Source: Syntrophales bacterium (GTDB lineage Bacteria > Desulfobacterota > Syntrophia > Syntrophales > UBA2210). Taken from it: DNA of 64,000 nucleotides. This document shows, one piece after another, positions 1 to 9,842 of the stretch. Below the pieces are notes generated by a model. The model did not search any database and was not told where the DNA came from. It saw only the letters and a program-made list of their open reading frames with translations. The DNA lies in contig CAXXNF010000001.1 of assembly GCA_963666365.2 (NCBI GenBank), forward strand, positions 512,001 to 576,000. Direction: 5' to 3'. Both the position numbers and the translations under genes were made by a program. Position 1 is the stretch's first letter, and every line of letters starts with the position of its first letter.

Positions 1-1
1 G

Positions 2-1489
2 GCCTGAAAATTTTCCTGCTTCGGCGCCTGCCACCACAATATGAATCATTTCGTTCGCCGCAAACTTCGGAACCGGACGCATTTGTTCGGCTTCGGTATT
101 ATGCTCCGGCGGCAAAGGACTGATGCCCTCGCCGGTCAGCGCATCAGGCACCCGCTCCCGCCGCGGCACTGCGGTGACTTCCTGAATCCGCCGGCGCAGG
201 TCGTCCTTCGTATAGCCTCCCGTCTCCAGCGTATCGATGTGCTCCGGGCACACCACCAGGACACAGTCCATTACCTGCAGGCGCGGGTGGAAAATACCCT
301 GCATCACCAGCCCCATGCTTGCCGCAAGCTGGTCCGCCCTGCGCGATTTCTGATCGACGATGAGCTGCGGCCCGCTCGTCACGGGGAAGACGGTCACCAC
401 GGAATCGGTACGCGCAAATCCCCGCTCCACGTGCAGCGGCGCCCAATTGCTTCGTTCCTCCCACTCGGCGAAACACATGGTAAACTTCATCGGATTGCCC
501 AACGTTGAACGCTCGATACCTCCCGGTTTGGCACCGCCGATATTCCTTAAAACCAGCCGCAGTGCCCGTCCGATACACGCATTGGCCCGGTTTCCCTGCC
601 CCAGGGCGCCGAGTTTCATATTCATGCCGATTCGTTCGCGGATAGGACCGTTTACGATCATAAGCGGGCTTGCGCCCATCGTCGTCGACATAAGGCCGTG
701 TACATTGAAGGTGTCCGTGCAGACCGCCTCCAGCGCGGCAATCACGACCGGCAAGTATTCCGGCCGGCAGCCGGCCATGACCGCATTGACGGCGATTTTT
801 TCAACCGTTGCCGGTGCAAGATTGGGCGGCACCGATGCGACGACTTCCTGAGGATCGCGCAGGGTGCCGGCGAGCATGCGGAGCACCCTCTCCGGTGTGG
901 GCGGCACGACCGGCAGCCCGTCCGTGAAACCCCGGTCGAACATGAACTCGAATTCATCATCAGCCGGGGCAATATCGATGCGCCGGGCGCGCAAGGGGCT
1001 GTGTTCGGCTTCCGCCCGCAGGCGGTCCGCAATCAGGGGATCACAGGATTTCGAGCCGCATCCCGGCCGCCAGAGAGGCAGGCTGTTCCACTCGACTCCG
1101 CCGCAGCCCAATTCAGCAAAAAAACGCTGCCATTCCTCCCGGCTGAAGCCGATTACGCGTTTTATCTCGCGGCCTTCGGCATCGGTAAACAGCAAAGTGG
1201 GCACTGTTTCAATGCCCCAGGCAAAAGAAACCTTAAGTGCCGAATCGTCAAGGAGCGGTGTTTTCAGGGTATGCCGTTCCATCAGCAATCGATTGCCGGT
1301 TTCTTCCTGTCCGATAATGAACACTGCGATATCCGGCAATGACCCGAGCCGATCCAGCAGCGGCATTACCAGATGGCAGACCGGGCAGTCCTCTTTGACG
1401 AACGCAACGATGCCGGGGCTGCCGGATGGAAACCTGTGTGTGTGTCCACGACTGTCACATAATGAAAAAGACGGCATATGAGGTGTCAT
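2..1489 (-). CDS. Thioredoxin/TlpA-like CxxC domain fused to a GxTDGLPVVPPT-motif domain protein; runs off the left edge of the window
   Basis: Hand translation (missing from the ORF track because there is no stop in the window): ATG at 1489 after GGAGAG, MTPHMPSFSL..FVKEDCPVC..RPGCGSKS..RGFTDGLPVVPPTPERV..AVNAVMAGC..NRANACIGRA; open to position 2. Confidence 0.85.
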   Translation of the reverse strand, partial: MTPHMPSFSLCDSRGHTHRFPSGSPGIVAFVKEDCPVCHLVMPLLDRLGSLPDIAVFIIGQEETGNRLLMERHTLKTPLLDDSALKVSFAWGIETVPTLLFTDAEGREIKRVIGFSREEWQRFFAELGCGGVEWNSLPLWRPGCGSKSCDPLIADRLRAEAEHSPLRARRIDIAPADDEFEFMFDRGFTDGLPVVPPTPERVLRMLAGTLRDPQEVVASVPPNLAPATVEKIAVNAVMAGCRPEYLPVVIAALEAVCTDTFNVHGLMSTTMGASPLMIVNGPIRERIGMNMKLGALGQGNRANACIGRALRLVLRNIGGAKPGGIERSTLGNPMKFTMCFAEWEERSNWAPLHVERGFARTDSVVTVFPVTSGPQLIVDQKSRRADQLAASMGLVMQGIFHPRLQVMDCVLVVCPEHIDTLETGGYTKDDLRRRIQEVTAVPRRERVPDALTGEGISPLPPEHNTEAEQMRPVPKFAANEMIHIVVAGAEAGKFSG

Positions 1490-1528
1490 TCTCTCTCCGT
1501 TAACAAAAAAGTAAGATAGGGAGCGTCC

Positions 1529-2254
1529 CTAATAATCGGTGTTGAAGTTTTCGACTACCGCTTTTCGGGTTTTAGCGATAAGCTGATCGACGGTATCGAG
1601 GGAATAAGACCGGCTGTCAATAGGATCGCCGATAACGACCTGAATTTTCCCGGGTCTCACGGCCAAGCTCTTCTTTGGCAATACGTGCCTGCTTCCATTA
1701 ATGGTAATCGGAAGAATCGGCATTTTCCGCATGACCGCCGGTATGAATCCCCCCTTTTTAAAGGCATGAATTCGTCCATCAACCGATCTGGTCCCCTCGG
1801 CGAATACCATGACGCTGACGCCTTCTGGCAGCCGGTCCATTCCCTTGTTGATGCTTTCAACCGCTTTGGCAGTATTGGAGCGATCGATGAAGATGTTGCG
1901 CGACGCGTAGAGGGCGTAGCCGAAAAGCGGTACTTTCAGCACCTCCCTTTTTATGAACCAGCGGAATTGCACAGGAAGAGTCGTAACCAGGGCGAGTATA
2001 TCGTAGAGCGACTGATGGTTGGAAATAATGATATAGGATGTTCCCTTGTGAATCTTTTCCGTATTCTTTATTTCCCTTCGGACAAAAGAAACACCGAGCA
2101 TAGTATATGCCCACAGCTTTGAAATGGAAAAGGCGAGATTGCCGGTGCGGCTCAGCAGGCCCGAAACGGTCATGGGAATGAACAGGACGATGCTTGCCGC
2201 CGTCGCCCACAGGCCAAGCCATGCAACACAAAATATTTTATAAAGTGAGTGCAT
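1529..2254 (-). CDS. plsC: 1-acyl-sn-glycerol-3-phosphate acyltransferase
   Basis: NHQSLYD (HX4D), FIDR, FAEGTRS and FKKGGF motifs; start moved to ATG 2254 (MHSLYK). Confidence 0.9.
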   Translation of the reverse strand: MHSLYKIFCVAWLGLWATAASIVLFIPMTVSGLLSRTGNLAFSISKLWAYTMLGVSFVRREIKNTEKIHKGTSYIIISNHQSLYDILALVTTLPVQFRWFIKREVLKVPLFGYALYASRNIFIDRSNTAKAVESINKGMDRLPEGVSVMVFAEGTRSVDGRIHAFKKGGFIPAVMRKMPILPITINGSRHVLPKKSLAVRPGKIQVVIGDPIDSRSYSLDTVDQLIAKTRKAVVENFNTDY

Positions 2255-2841
2255 AGGGCGACGTTCCTTCAGCAGAATAATTTCGTCTCGTCCATCTGAA
2301 TGACCGATTCCCATATAGACGACGCCCGTTGGGCTTCGGGTCGGAAAGACATCGAATGTATTATGCCCATTGAGTCGGCACACCGAACAGATGAACAATC
2401 GTATATCTTTTTTTTACCGATATTTCAATGAAAGATATAGCAACAGCCTTTCCATGGGGCTACAGATATCGGGATCATTGACAAGGTAAAGAATGCGGCA
2501 CGCTGCGATGAAAGGGGGGTTCTAAAGACAAACACTACGCTGCCGGCGGCGCAGGCGGCCTTCAGACACAAGGAGCTGCGACACGTTGAGCAGGTCTTGC
2601 GGGACATGACGTCTGCAACGGAAACCCGTCCCATCTCATCTGCCATCAACTCGATGAAACCATTCACGAACAAGTCTTCTGCAGCTTTCTTGCACCGGTT
2701 CTTCGCAAAGAACTGGACCGTCGACTGGAGAAGCCCGACCACTCCTTTCCCGAAGTTGCTTTCAAGAAGATAAATAGTGTATTCTTAGCGGGATCAACGC
2801 ACAGGGTAGTCCAGGATGTTTTTCGGAAAAGGAGAGATGCC

Positions 2842-3627
2842 ATGAAAATTGCCGTATCGGCGGATGGTTCCACACTGGATGCGCAGGTGGCGTCACGGCT
2901 CAGCATCGCGAAATATTTTTTGATCATCGACCTTGAGAGCGGCGAGTTTGAAGCCGTCCCTTCTTCCATCGACCGGCACCGGCGGGGCGCCGGCGTGCAG
3001 ACCATCACAACAGCGGTGGGCAGAGGGGCCAGTGTCATAATCACGGGCTATTGCGGCCCCGGCATCGTCGATCAGTTGAAAGAGAATGACATAGAGGTGC
3101 TGACCGGAATAAAAGGTACCGTGAAGGACGCGTTGATGCACTACAGGGCCAGGGCGGCCGGCCCAAGCCGCACCCTGCCGGGCGGGAATGCGAGCAGCGC
3201 CGTAATTCGCGCAGCCAAAAATTCCGGCAGGCAGTTCGCCCTGTTGTTGCCGGTTTTTCTCGGTGTAGTCCTGCTTATGGGTTTGTTCAATACCTTTGTT
3301 TCAAAAGAATTGCTTCTGTCCGTTTTTTCCGGCAACGCGGCCTTTGACAGTCTTTGGGGAACCTGCTTCGGCAGTATATTCGCCGGAAATCCGATCAACA
3401 GTTACATAATAGGCGGGGAACTGCTGAAAAGCGGCATCAGCCTTTTTGCCGTTACCGCCTTCATTGTAAGTTGGGTAACGGTAGGACTAATTCAACTGCC
3501 AGCTGAGATGACGGCTTTGGGCAGAAAATTTGCGCTCATGAGAAACGGCATCTGCTTCGTAATGGCGATTCCCGTTGCCGTTCTCACCGTCCTGATTGTG
3601 AATGTTCTGGGAAGGTGGATATCATGA
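2842..3627 (+). CDS. NifB/NifX (FeMo-cofactor-binding family) domain fused to a predicted permease domain
   Basis: N-terminal MKIAVSADG..A.YFLIID..GAGVQ..IITG.CGP..L..IEV typical of the NifX family; hydrophobic C-terminal half with GNPINSY; RBS AGGAG. Confidence 0.8.
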   Translation: MKIAVSADGSTLDAQVASRLSIAKYFLIIDLESGEFEAVPSSIDRHRRGAGVQTITTAVGRGASVIITGYCGPGIVDQLKENDIEVLTGIKGTVKDALMHYRARAAGPSRTLPGGNASSAVIRAAKNSGRQFALLLPVFLGVVLLMGLFNTFVSKELLLSVFSGNAAFDSLWGTCFGSIFAGNPINSYIIGGELLKSGISLFAVTAFIVSWVTVGLIQLPAEMTALGRKFALMRNGICFVMAIPVAVLTVLIVNVLGRWIS

Positions 3628-4139
3628 CCCGCAATAGCAATAAGCCGGTTTTTAATTATATATTTCTTTTCCCCCTTTCCGTAGCGGCACTCTATGTCGT
3701 TTTCTTTTTTATAATGCCCGATAAGACCCTGTCGGCCCTTGCCGGGAGCGGAAAAATCCTGTTGAACATGCTGGCGCCGCTCGTGTTGATCTTTGTCATT
3801 ATGCTGCTGGTGAATCTCTTTGTGAAACCGGCGCGGGTCGCCAAGTTCCTGGGGAAAAATTCCGGCATCAGAGGAACTGCAGTGGCGGCGGCGGCGGGCG
3901 TAATTTCCACCGGACCGATATATGCGTGGTATCCCCTGCTCAAGGACCTCAGGGAAAAGGGCGCGGGAAACTATACCATCTCCATATTTCTCTACAACAG
4001 GGCGGTGAAACCCTTCCTGCTGCCTGTCATGATCGAATATTTCGGCTGGATTTATGTAATCACACTGATCGTCCTGACCTTTTTGGCATCAGTGTGTGTC
4101 GGCTGTGCCATGAGCACCGTTCAGGAAAGCGCTCGGTGA
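3624..4139 (+). CDS. Predicted permease, partner subunit
   Basis: ATGA overlap with the upstream stop; several TM helices; GVISTGPIYAWYPLLKDL motif typical of paired small permeases. Confidence 0.75.
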   Translation: MTRNSNKPVFNYIFLFPLSVAALYVVFFFIMPDKTLSALAGSGKILLNMLAPLVLIFVIMLLVNLFVKPARVAKFLGKNSGIRGTAVAAAAGVISTGPIYAWYPLLKDLREKGAGNYTISIFLYNRAVKPFLLPVMIEYFGWIYVITLIVLTFLASVCVGCAMSTVQESAR

Positions 4140-4207
4140 AGGGAAAAAGGACAATGATAACCGGTTCGGAATAGCGCGGGTACCTGCTGACCGGCTTCGG
4201 GTGCCTG

Positions 4208-5515
4208 TTATTTCAAGAGGTCAAAGTAATAGCGCATTCGCAACTCGAGGCGAACATCGTTCTGTTTCTCCCCGAACTCGGTATTCCCGGGTCCCGAAAT
4301 AAAACCGGCCTTCAGACGCAGTTCAAGATTGGTGATCCCCGTGTAAAAAATCTCGGGAGACAGGGAAAAGCTTTTATCTTCGATATTGTAGATGCAGGTA
4401 ACCGAGGGGATGAGATAGGGAATGTCAAAGGGCTCTTTCTGAGAAACCCTCAGGTAGAGATAGTCTCTCATCGGGTTTTGCGTTCCGTAGGACCCTTCAG
4501 TTACCGCACGGGCTTTCTGTAGAAAAGTTTGATTGCCGAACAGACGATAGGCGTCGATGCCGTTGTCCACGAGGCCGAAGAATTGGTTCATTTCATCGGC
4601 GGTGAAGCCTGTTCCGCTGTGGAAGTATTCCACAATAAAGGTGGTATCGGTCGTGGTGAGATACCTGATACCGAAAAGAAAATTTTCCACATCCCTGGTT
4701 GATGCGGTAAGAGTGCCGTCGCTCCGGACAACTCTGTGAGCGCTGTCGTCTATGTGGGCCAGCTCTCCGTGGATCTCGAAATTCGAGGTAATATTCCGGG
4801 AAAAATTCATTCCGAATCGGGAGGGCCTGCTGTCCCCCTTCAGGAACATACAATCGATGTCCGTATCGTAGAGAAGAAAGTACAGTTTGCCGGCATAGTT
4901 CAAGGTGTCGCGTTCGCCGAAATCAGTATTGATATGATCGTAGACCGGGAGAATCACCGGCGTGACCGCCATTGCCTTCAGGGGTCCGGAAAAACTCTTT
5001 ATGTAATCCAGCGTGGCAACCACATACCCTTCAAGGGACAATTCCGGGTCATCAGGATTTTTCGGCCGTTCCACAAAGCCGACAGGGTTCCATGCATACC
5101 CCTTCCCCCACCGCAGGGCTTTTTTACCGATACTGATATTCAAACCCGACGAAGGCTTGAGCGACAGATAGCCCTCGTCGAGCACGATGTTCCTGTCGGA
5201 ATCGATGTCCGATTCCGTTGTGTTGATATTCGCGCGGGCGTAGATCTCTGAAAGGCCCTTCGTGTATCTCCCGTCCATCGAGAGTTTAACAAAGTATTCG
5301 TCAATCCAGTTTTTGTCTGCCCTGTCATAAAAATTAAGTCTGTAGAATGCGGCGTCGGCGTCGGTATAGAACACCCTCGGCGCAAGTTCAAGGTACCCCC
5401 CTATGGCATAGGGCTTCTTTTCTATTTCAGACAGATCGAAGGAATACTCGTCCTGCGCCATGGTGCACAGCGGCAGAAGGAGTATGAAGGAAAGAATTCC
5501 GAGTATCGATTTCAT
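4208..5515 (-). CDS. Probable outer-membrane beta-barrel protein
   Basis: Signal peptide, GKK..RWGKGYAWNP motif, alternating beta pattern ending ..RMRYYF; last gene of the ABC/LolA-like operon. Confidence 0.65.
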   Translation of the reverse strand: MKSILGILSFILLLPLCTMAQDEYSFDLSEIEKKPYAIGGYLELAPRVFYTDADAAFYRLNFYDRADKNWIDEYFVKLSMDGRYTKGLSEIYARANINTTESDIDSDRNIVLDEGYLSLKPSSGLNISIGKKALRWGKGYAWNPVGFVERPKNPDDPELSLEGYVVATLDYIKSFSGPLKAMAVTPVILPVYDHINTDFGERDTLNYAGKLYFLLYDTDIDCMFLKGDSRPSRFGMNFSRNITSNFEIHGELAHIDDSAHRVVRSDGTLTASTRDVENFLFGIRYLTTTDTTFIVEYFHSGTGFTADEMNQFFGLVDNGIDAYRLFGNQTFLQKARAVTEGSYGTQNPMRDYLYLRVSQKEPFDIPYLIPSVTCIYNIEDKSFSLSPEIFYTGITNLELRLKAGFISGPGNTEFGEKQNDVRLELRMRYYFDLLK

Positions 5516-5519
5516 GTCA

Positions 5520-6248
5520 TCAGCGAAGTGAGTCGAGATTCGGCATGAAGGTCAGCGTAAAGACCTCGTCGTCGAGTGTCCGCTCTTTCATCTTCGCAAA
5601 GATCATAATGGACTTGTATCCCCTGTAGAGGGGACTGTCCGTTTCGATCACCGACGGTCGCAGGATTCCGTGGCCAAAATCTTTTAACTCTTTAAAATAT
5701 ATGGTTTTCACCAGCATGGACGCTTCTGTGAGGCATTCGATCTTCAGGGGCAGAAGCGCTTCTTTATCGGCCCACATCTTCAACTGATCATAGGCGACGG
5801 CTCTGGTTCTGGCCTTGAGATTAAGGAGATAATTATCCCCCTCCTCCTCTACCGTCTTCACGTCGTATTCGGCCGTGTAGTCAAGCCGGAGTATGTCGGA
5901 ATTGTTGAAGACGCCTCCTACAATCGACTGAAGACTGGTAATGCGGATCGGTTTCCCCACATTCGGAATATAGAGCCACATATTTTCGCCCAGCCTGAGC
6001 GTGCTCCGGCCTTCTTCACTTGCCGGGGAAATGAACAGGGCGGCGACTTTATCTTTTTCCTTCTTGATGGTAAAAAGTACGAATTCCTTCCTTTTGCCGT
6101 TCGGTTCAATATTGATCAGCTTTTTGTACGACTCATAGGAGTCGGGGTTCAAATTCCGATCAATCTGGAGCAGAAGACTGTTTCCGTCCAGGGCAGATGC
6201 CGGAGAGGTAAGAAGGAGCAACACTACAAAAATAATGTATTTTCTCAT
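5520..6248 (-). CDS. Outer membrane lipoprotein-sorting (LolA-like) protein
   Basis: Signal peptide; F.SPASEEG..L....MWLYIP..KPIRI..GG.F.NSD motif of LolA-like family proteins. Confidence 0.85.
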   Translation of the reverse strand: MRKYIIFVVLLLLTSPASALDGNSLLLQIDRNLNPDSYESYKKLINIEPNGKRKEFVLFTIKKEKDKVAALFISPASEEGRSTLRLGENMWLYIPNVGKPIRITSLQSIVGGVFNNSDILRLDYTAEYDVKTVEEEGDNYLLNLKARTRAVAYDQLKMWADKEALLPLKIECLTEASMLVKTIYFKELKDFGHGILRPSVIETDSPLYRGYKSIMIFAKMKERTLDDEVFTLTFMPNLDSLR

Positions 6249-6252
6249 GCCG

Positions 6253-6648
6253 TCACTTTCCTTTTAAGACGCTCTTTACCGCGTCGACGGCGGCGCCCTT
6301 ATATTCTACGTGAGCAATGCCGCGCTCTTTCAGCGCGTTGGCCATTTTCACCCCGAATTGTACGGCGATTGCCATGGTCACGCCTCTTTCGGCGAGAAAG
6401 GCCGCTGCGGAAGGTCCGGCGCCACGGCGTGCATTCTTCTGCGGGTTCTCTATCGTCTCGACAAAGGTGCCATCGCCGTTGAATATCAGATAGTAGGAGC
6501 ATCTGGCGGCCTCGGCGCAGACAACTGCCTGTGCCGTGTTATCGTTTGCCGCAACGGCAATCCTTGTTTCTTCACCTGCAGCGTTACCCATGCCTACACA
6601 GAGCAAAAGGGCTGCAATGCCTGTAAAAAGAAGTAGTTTTTTCATCAC
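6253..6648 (-). CDS. NifB/NifX family protein with N-terminal signal peptide
   Basis: MKKLLLFTGIAALLLCVGMGNAAG then RIAVAA..AARCSYYLIF..ENP..GAGP.AAAFL..GV..IA..FG.KM..AL; start GTG 6648 or ATG 6645. Confidence 0.8.
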   Translation of the reverse strand: MMKKLLLFTGIAALLLCVGMGNAAGEETRIAVAANDNTAQAVVCAEAARCSYYLIFNGDGTFVETIENPQKNARRGAGPSAAAFLAERGVTMAIAVQFGVKMANALKERGIAHVEYKGAAVDAVKSVLKGK

Positions 6649-6663
6649 TGATTCCCCTTCCTC

Positions 6664-7908
6664 CTATATGTGTCTCAGCGCCTCGATCGGTTCCATGCGC
6701 GAGGCCTTGAAGGCGGGCTGAAGACTTGCCGCCGCCGATACGATAAGAACGATCACTGTAATGGTCACAAGATCTTCAGCATGTACGCGGGGCTCAAGCA
6801 AAAGTCCCGTCTGTCGACCAAAATTGAAGGTAATGCGGGCAATATTAAGGATATATACTATCGCACACCCTGCGATGTTCCCGACGAGCGCCCCAAACAC
6901 GCCGATACTGAGACCCTCCAGCATAAACATGGAAAGAATTCTGCGCGGCATCGTTCCGATTGCCGAGATAGTGCCTATCTCGCGCATGCGTTCGTACACC
7001 GCCATGATCATGACATTCATGATACTGATAAGGACCATGGCGATGAGCATGATTTTTATAAAAAATGTCATGATGTCGATCATCCGTGCGATGTTGTAAA
7101 ATGGTGACAGCTTCTCCCATGTGTGGACCTCGAACGTCGGCTTTCCTGCCCTGTTCTTTTTCTCGGAAAGCGCCTCCGTAAGCGCATTGTGCACGGCGGG
7201 CATCATCTCGATGCTCCGAAGTCTCAGGGCTATTTCGCTGATTTCAACCTCTTCCATTCTCAGTACGTCCACGGCATCGTCTATATGAATGTAGCCGTCG
7301 CGGCCGCCCGGCCCGGTGACGCTTTCAAGGATGCCGGTCACGATGAACTGTTTTCCATTGACGGATCCGTCCTTGTTGGTGGCGATAATCACGATTGAAT
7401 CTCCGACGTTCACATCCATTCCCCTGGCGAGAAGCTCGGGAATAAGAACACTCCCCTTTTTAAGATCTTTATTTCCAGCGATGATTCTTTCCGGCAGAAG
7501 GGGCGTCGTGTCCAGTTCCCTCTCCGGAACGACCCCGTTCAGCCGAATATTCGTCGTCTCCGTATAATTGCTGAAGAGGCCGCCGAATTTGATGCGCGGT
7601 GAATAGGCCTCTATCTCGGGGATTGTATTTATTACATTTTCAACCGCTTTCACGGCCTTCGGATCCATCACGATGGTAAGGGGCAGGTTGTCGATGGATG
7701 CCACATACCCCTTCTTGTGAATCTGAATGTGTCCCAGCATTGAGTCGGTAATCTGGCCGATGAGAAGTTCCTTGATGGACCCCGTAACGGCGACGAACAC
7801 CAGCACAAAGACTATGCCGATTATGATCAGCGAAGACGTGAAAAGGGTTCTACGCCTGTATCGCAGGAGATTTCGGACAGCGATCTTGAAAAGATTATAG
7901 GCTGCCAT
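6664..7908 (-). CDS. ABC transporter permease, FtsX/MacB/LolCE family
   Basis: A.RNL.R.RRRT, ER.REIG...AIG and PA.KASRMEPIEALR motifs; start ATG 7908. Confidence 0.9.
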   Translation of the reverse strand: MAAYNLFKIAVRNLLRYRRRTLFTSSLIIIGIVFVLVFVAVTGSIKELLIGQITDSMLGHIQIHKKGYVASIDNLPLTIVMDPKAVKAVENVINTIPEIEAYSPRIKFGGLFSNYTETTNIRLNGVVPERELDTTPLLPERIIAGNKDLKKGSVLIPELLARGMDVNVGDSIVIIATNKDGSVNGKQFIVTGILESVTGPGGRDGYIHIDDAVDVLRMEEVEISEIALRLRSIEMMPAVHNALTEALSEKKNRAGKPTFEVHTWEKLSPFYNIARMIDIMTFFIKIMLIAMVLISIMNVMIMAVYERMREIGTISAIGTMPRRILSMFMLEGLSIGVFGALVGNIAGCAIVYILNIARITFNFGRQTGLLLEPRVHAEDLVTITVIVLIVSAAASLQPAFKASRMEPIEALRHI

Positions 7909-8599
7909 GTTTCCGTGCTCCCTTCCTTGCCGTGATTGTTCCATCCTCCAGAGTATAGAGGGTATCCGCCGATCCTACTATTTTCTGATCGTGAGTGGAG
8001 AAGATGAAGGCGGTGCCTGATTTCTCCCTCATTGCTTTCATGAGATCGATAATCATGAAAGCCGTCTTGCTGTCGAGGTTCGCCGTCGGTTCATCGGCGA
8101 GCACAAGTTCGGGCTCCGTCACCAAAGCCCTGGCTATGGCAACCCGCTGTTTCTGTCCTCCCGAGATCTGATCGGGATACTTGTCTTTATGCTGCCGCAT
8201 TCCTACCGCATCCAGAAGCGACAGGACACGGCACCTTCTGGCTTCCGATGGCACATTCTGAACCAGAATGAGAGGATACTCGATGTTTTCATAGACGGTC
8301 AGCACGGGGATGAGGTTGAAATCCTGGAAAATGAATCCCATGTGCCGCCCCCGGAAGGCCGCTCTCGCCTTTCTGTCCAGTTTCAGCACATCGACGCCGG
8401 CGATGGTGAGACTGCCGCCCGATGGGACATCGAGACACCCGATAAGGTTTAAAAGGGTGGTTTTTCCGCTCCCCGAAGGGCCGACGAATGACAGAAACGA
8501 AGCCGGTTCGATTTCAAAACTCAGATCGCTCAACGCCCGTAGACTGACCTCCCCGACCTTGTAATCCTTGTACAAATCTTTGGCTGTTATCAATGGCAT
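7895..8599 (-). CDS. ABC transporter ATP-binding protein (LolD/MacB-like)
   Basis: Walker A GPSGSGKT, signature ISGGQKQR, Walker B LADEPT, H-loop STHD. Confidence 0.95.
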   Translation of the reverse strand: MPLITAKDLYKDYKVGEVSLRALSDLSFEIEPASFLSFVGPSGSGKTTLLNLIGCLDVPSGGSLTIAGVDVLKLDRKARAAFRGRHMGFIFQDFNLIPVLTVYENIEYPLILVQNVPSEARRCRVLSLLDAVGMRQHKDKYPDQISGGQKQRVAIARALVTEPELVLADEPTANLDSKTAFMIIDLMKAMREKSGTAFIFSTHDQKIVGSADTLYTLEDGTITARKGARKHGSL

Positions 8600-8981
8600 A
8601 TACTATTCCTGAAATCCGATTTACTGACGGATGGTATCGAAGGAAGAACAACGAACATACATGCAAAGGAAATTTAAAGTGCAGTATACAGCAAAAGAAT
8701 TCAACACACAAGCAGCGGCGGGGTGCATGCTTTTCAGTCAACGCACCACCTTTGTGTACAAGAAATCGACAGCGCGGATGCGGCAAAAAACAAACAGGGA
8801 AATGCCCATTCACTGCGGAAAGAATACCGCTTCAGCGCGAAGCGTCTGCCCGACGAATCGTACTTACAGTGTTGCGTGTTAGCTACTCGATACAATATTT
8901 ACAGTAGCATCCTTACTCCCTTATTTACCTCCCGATTGGAAATATTCAATAATATGGCGCTATTTCAGTATATTAGCTCTC

Positions 8982-8997
8982 TGGCATGAATTATGCT
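8982..8997 (+). promoter_or_regulatory. Candidate sigma-54 (-24/-12) promoter
   Basis: TGGCATGAATTATGCT: GG-N10-GC spacing, about 65 bp upstream of the methyltransferase start. Confidence 0.55.
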
Positions 8998-9062
8998 AAA
9001 ATGAGTATAAACAAATATAAGAACGAACAGGAACACCAACCAGAAGAAAGAAAAGGACTCCC

Positions 9063-9761
9063 GTGAAGCAATCAGCTCACAGTGCACATAGATCCTCTGT
9101 ATTTGATTTCAGTCCGCTCGCCAGTGAATACGACAAGTGGTATGAAACCGCTGAAGGTCATATATATGATCTGTTGGAAAAAAGGGCTATGCGGCACATC
9201 ATAGGGCAGGTCGAAGACGGGAAAACGATGCTTGAAGTGGGCGCAGGCACGGGGTGGTGGAGCAGTTTTTTCGGAGGATTGGGTTACCATGTGACCGGCG
9301 TGGATATTTCAAAGGAGATGGTTGAAACTGCATGTTTGAAAAGAATCCCCCATGCCCGCTTTCAAAGAGCCGACGGACACAGACTTCCCTTTCCCGATCA
9401 CAGCTTTTCCGCTTCAGCGGCTGTGACATCTATCGAATTTACAAGAAATCCCGCAACGGTTGTCAGAGAAATGGTTCGATGTATAAAACCCGGGGGAAGT
9501 CTTTTTCTTGGCGTACTTAACGAGGACGCACCGCTCAATAAGGAAAGACAAAAAAAGGGGAAGGTGTTCCTATCGGCCCGGTTCTATAGGGCAGATGAGC
9601 TTTATACATTGCTTTCCCCTTACGGCAAGCCGGTGATACGGCCATGCGCGTTCCCGTTATCCATAAAAATGCCGAAATCTCTGACCGGTATAGCTGATGA
9701 CCTTCAAGTCTTGCTGAAAATGTCATCAGGCGCACTTATCGCCGCACGGGTGGATATATAA
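9063..9761 (+). CDS. Class I SAM-dependent methyltransferase
   Basis: LEVGAGTG, GVDIS.EM, ADG..LPFPD.SF and E..R..KPGG motifs. Confidence 0.9.
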   Translation: MKQSAHSAHRSSVFDFSPLASEYDKWYETAEGHIYDLLEKRAMRHIIGQVEDGKTMLEVGAGTGWWSSFFGGLGYHVTGVDISKEMVETACLKRIPHARFQRADGHRLPFPDHSFSASAAVTSIEFTRNPATVVREMVRCIKPGGSLFLGVLNEDAPLNKERQKKGKVFLSARFYRADELYTLLSPYGKPVIRPCAFPLSIKMPKSLTGIADDLQVLLKMSSGALIAARVDI

Positions 9762-9842
9762 AAAGGCGAGGCATCAGCACAAACCGCCCACGAAATAGCA
9801 TAAGAGGCTATGCGTGCAGGCCTTAAAAGGAGACAACACATC

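Noticed and set aside
41..1481. Several overlapping plus-strand ORFs in the track
   Set aside because: Antisense shadows of the long minus-strand gene 1489 to <2
2425..2810. Minus-strand ORF or gene remnant
   Set aside because: Protein-like stretch interrupted by stops upstream; no family recognised, so no call can be supported
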